Positions 62,959 through 64,000 of a DNA stretch of 64,000 nucleotides are shown here, piece after piece (the first letter of the stretch is position 1; the number at the start of each line of letters is the position of its first letter). Origin of the DNA: Sphingomonas paucimobilis (lineage in GTDB: Bacteria > Pseudomonadota > Alphaproteobacteria > Sphingomonadales > Sphingomonadaceae); contig CALRQP020000008.1 in assembly GCA_943370355.1 (NCBI GenBank), positions 53,222-117,221 of the forward strand, written 5' to 3'. The translations under genes were made by a program, and so were the position numbers. The notes under the pieces were generated by a model. The model was not told the origin of the DNA. It ran no database searches and worked only from the letters and a program-made list of their open reading frames with translations.

Positions 62959-64000
62959 CGGCGATCCGGCGGGCGAGTTTCATGGCGACCTGGTCCTTCG
63001 GCATAATGTCCCAATCCTCGATGCCCTCGGCGGTCACGAGATGGACGCGGTTGTCGGAGCCGCCCATCACGTCGCCCGACACATCATTGGCGACGATCCA
63101 GTCGGCCTTCTTACGCGTGCGCTTGCGGGCGGCGTTGGCGAGCAGATTGTCGGTTTCGGCAGCAAAGCCGATGACAAGGCGAGGGCGATTGGCGTGGGCG
63201 CACAGTCCGGCGAGGATATCGGGATTCTCGATCAACGCGAGCGTCGGCGGCGCGCCCGTCTTCTTGATCTTGCCCGCAGCAGCGTCGGTCCGCCAGTCGG
63301 CGACAGCGGCGACCATGACCGCGATATCGGCCGGAAGGGCGGTCTCGACGGCGGCTGCCATTTCAAACGCGGTTTCGATATCGATCCGCTTTACGCGCGG
63401 CGGTGTCGGCAAGAGCACGGGGCCGGACACCAGCGTGACATCCGCACCCAATTTTGCGAGCGCATCCGCGATAGCGAAGCCCTGCTTTCCCGACGAGCGG
63501 TTGGCGAGGTAGCGCACGGGATCGATCGGTTCATGTGTCGGGCCTGCGGTCACCAACGCGCGCTTGCCCGCCAGGGGCTTGTCAGCGGGTCCGAGCAGGT
63601 CTGCGATGGCCGCGACGATACGGGTAGCTTCAGGCAGGCGGCCGGGGCCGAACTCGCCGCACGCCATTTCGCCCTCATCGGGATCGAGCACCGTGACGCC
63701 GTCGGCGCGCAGTTGCGCGACATTGCGCCGGGTCGCGACGTGCAGCCACATGCGGACGTTCATCGCGGGTACCGCGAGCACGGGCTTGTCGGTCGCGAGC
63801 AGCACCGTGGAGGCGAGGTCCGATGCCGCGCCTGTTGCCATGCGCGACAGGAGGTTGGCGGTCGCTGGGCAGACGACGACGAGATCGGCTTGGCGGCTGA
63901 GCTGGATATGGCCCATCTCGGCCTCGTCCTTGAGGCTGAACAGGTCTTCGTAGACGGGCGATTCGGTGAGTGCCGCGAGGCTGAGCGGCGTCACGAACTT
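62945..64000 (-). CDS. coaBC: bifunctional phosphopantothenoylcysteine decarboxylase/synthetase (5' end beyond the window)
   Basis: The frame is open to the window edge. Blocks: [51 protein letters not shown]. Confidence 0.92.
   Translation of the reverse strand, partial: KFVTPLSLAALTESPVYEDLFSLKDEAEMGHIQLSRQADLVVVCPATANLLSRMATGAASDLASTVLLATDKPVLAVPAMNVRMWLHVATRRNVAQLRADGVTVLDPDEGEMACGEFGPGRLPEATRIVAAIADLLGPADKPLAGKRALVTAGPTHEPIDPVRYLANRSSGKQGFAIADALAKLGADVTLVSGPVLLPTPPRVKRIDIETAFEMAAAVETALPADIAVMVAAVADWRTDAAAGKIKKTGAPPTLALIENPDILAGLCAHANRPRLVIGFAAETDNLLANAARKRTRKKADWIVANDVSGDVMGGSDNRVHLVTAEGIEDWDIMPKDQVAMKLARRIADALA

Noticed and set aside
1-64000. tRNA, rRNA, CRISPR arrays, transposases, phage integrases and toxin-antitoxin pairs.
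   Set aside because: I recognised none while reading intergenic regions and ORF translations. A tRNAscan, Infernal or CRISPR-finder run is needed to be certain, especially for small RNAs.

Overview
This is a high-GC chromosomal segment (about 65% by hand counts). Gene content and order suggest an alphaproteobacterium, probably Sphingomonadales; that is an inference. I call about 67 protein genes, packed on both strands. By eye I found no rRNA, tRNA, CRISPR array, transposase or prophage genes. Left to right: metZ-apaG and a PaaI thioesterase; feoAB; a ~1.5 kb low-GC two-ORF insert bounded by a repeated ~60-nt sequence; purC; a 540-nt non-coding gap; DUF484 and xerC separated by an MFS / TonB-receptor / TetR block; DUF1697-gshB-sirB1-like-yraN-rsmI divergent from an lpoA-like gene; an alpha/beta hydrolase; a consensus sigma54-type promoter in front of a 38-codon ORF and a PspC-domain gene; hemW-rdgB-rph divergent from hrcA-grpE; dnaK-dnaJ and clpB. 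hrcA, dnaK and clpB share an RpoH-type promoter motif. Two small DUF4157-like HExxH proteins flank dnaKJ, and one is start/stop-coupled to dnaJ. Next come two paralogous sulfotransferase-like proteins bracketing two tandem small secreted two-Cys proteins, beside a 1073-aa TonB-dependent receptor and a TPR/aspartyl beta-hydroxylase. The rest is rpoN-lptB-lptA-lptC-RNase D-like; terC; a galactonate (De Ley-Doudoroff type) plus GH2 cluster; a GGDEF-EAL protein; a corA-like gene coupled to a split cysG N-domain; an ABM / DUF3147 / Met-His-rich secreted protein operon; the cobA-DUF2849-cysI-DUF934-cysH operon; and DsrE-like-moeB/thiF-dut-coaBC (truncated). Three nested-palindrome intergenic repeats are present. 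The best candidate for an undescribed system is the 31.4-34.3 kb paralog / small-protein block, possibly extending to 39.6 kb. The DUF4157 coupling, the sigma54/PspC module and the low-GC cassette pair are the next most interesting. All calls rest on reading the translations and the DNA; no database search was run.
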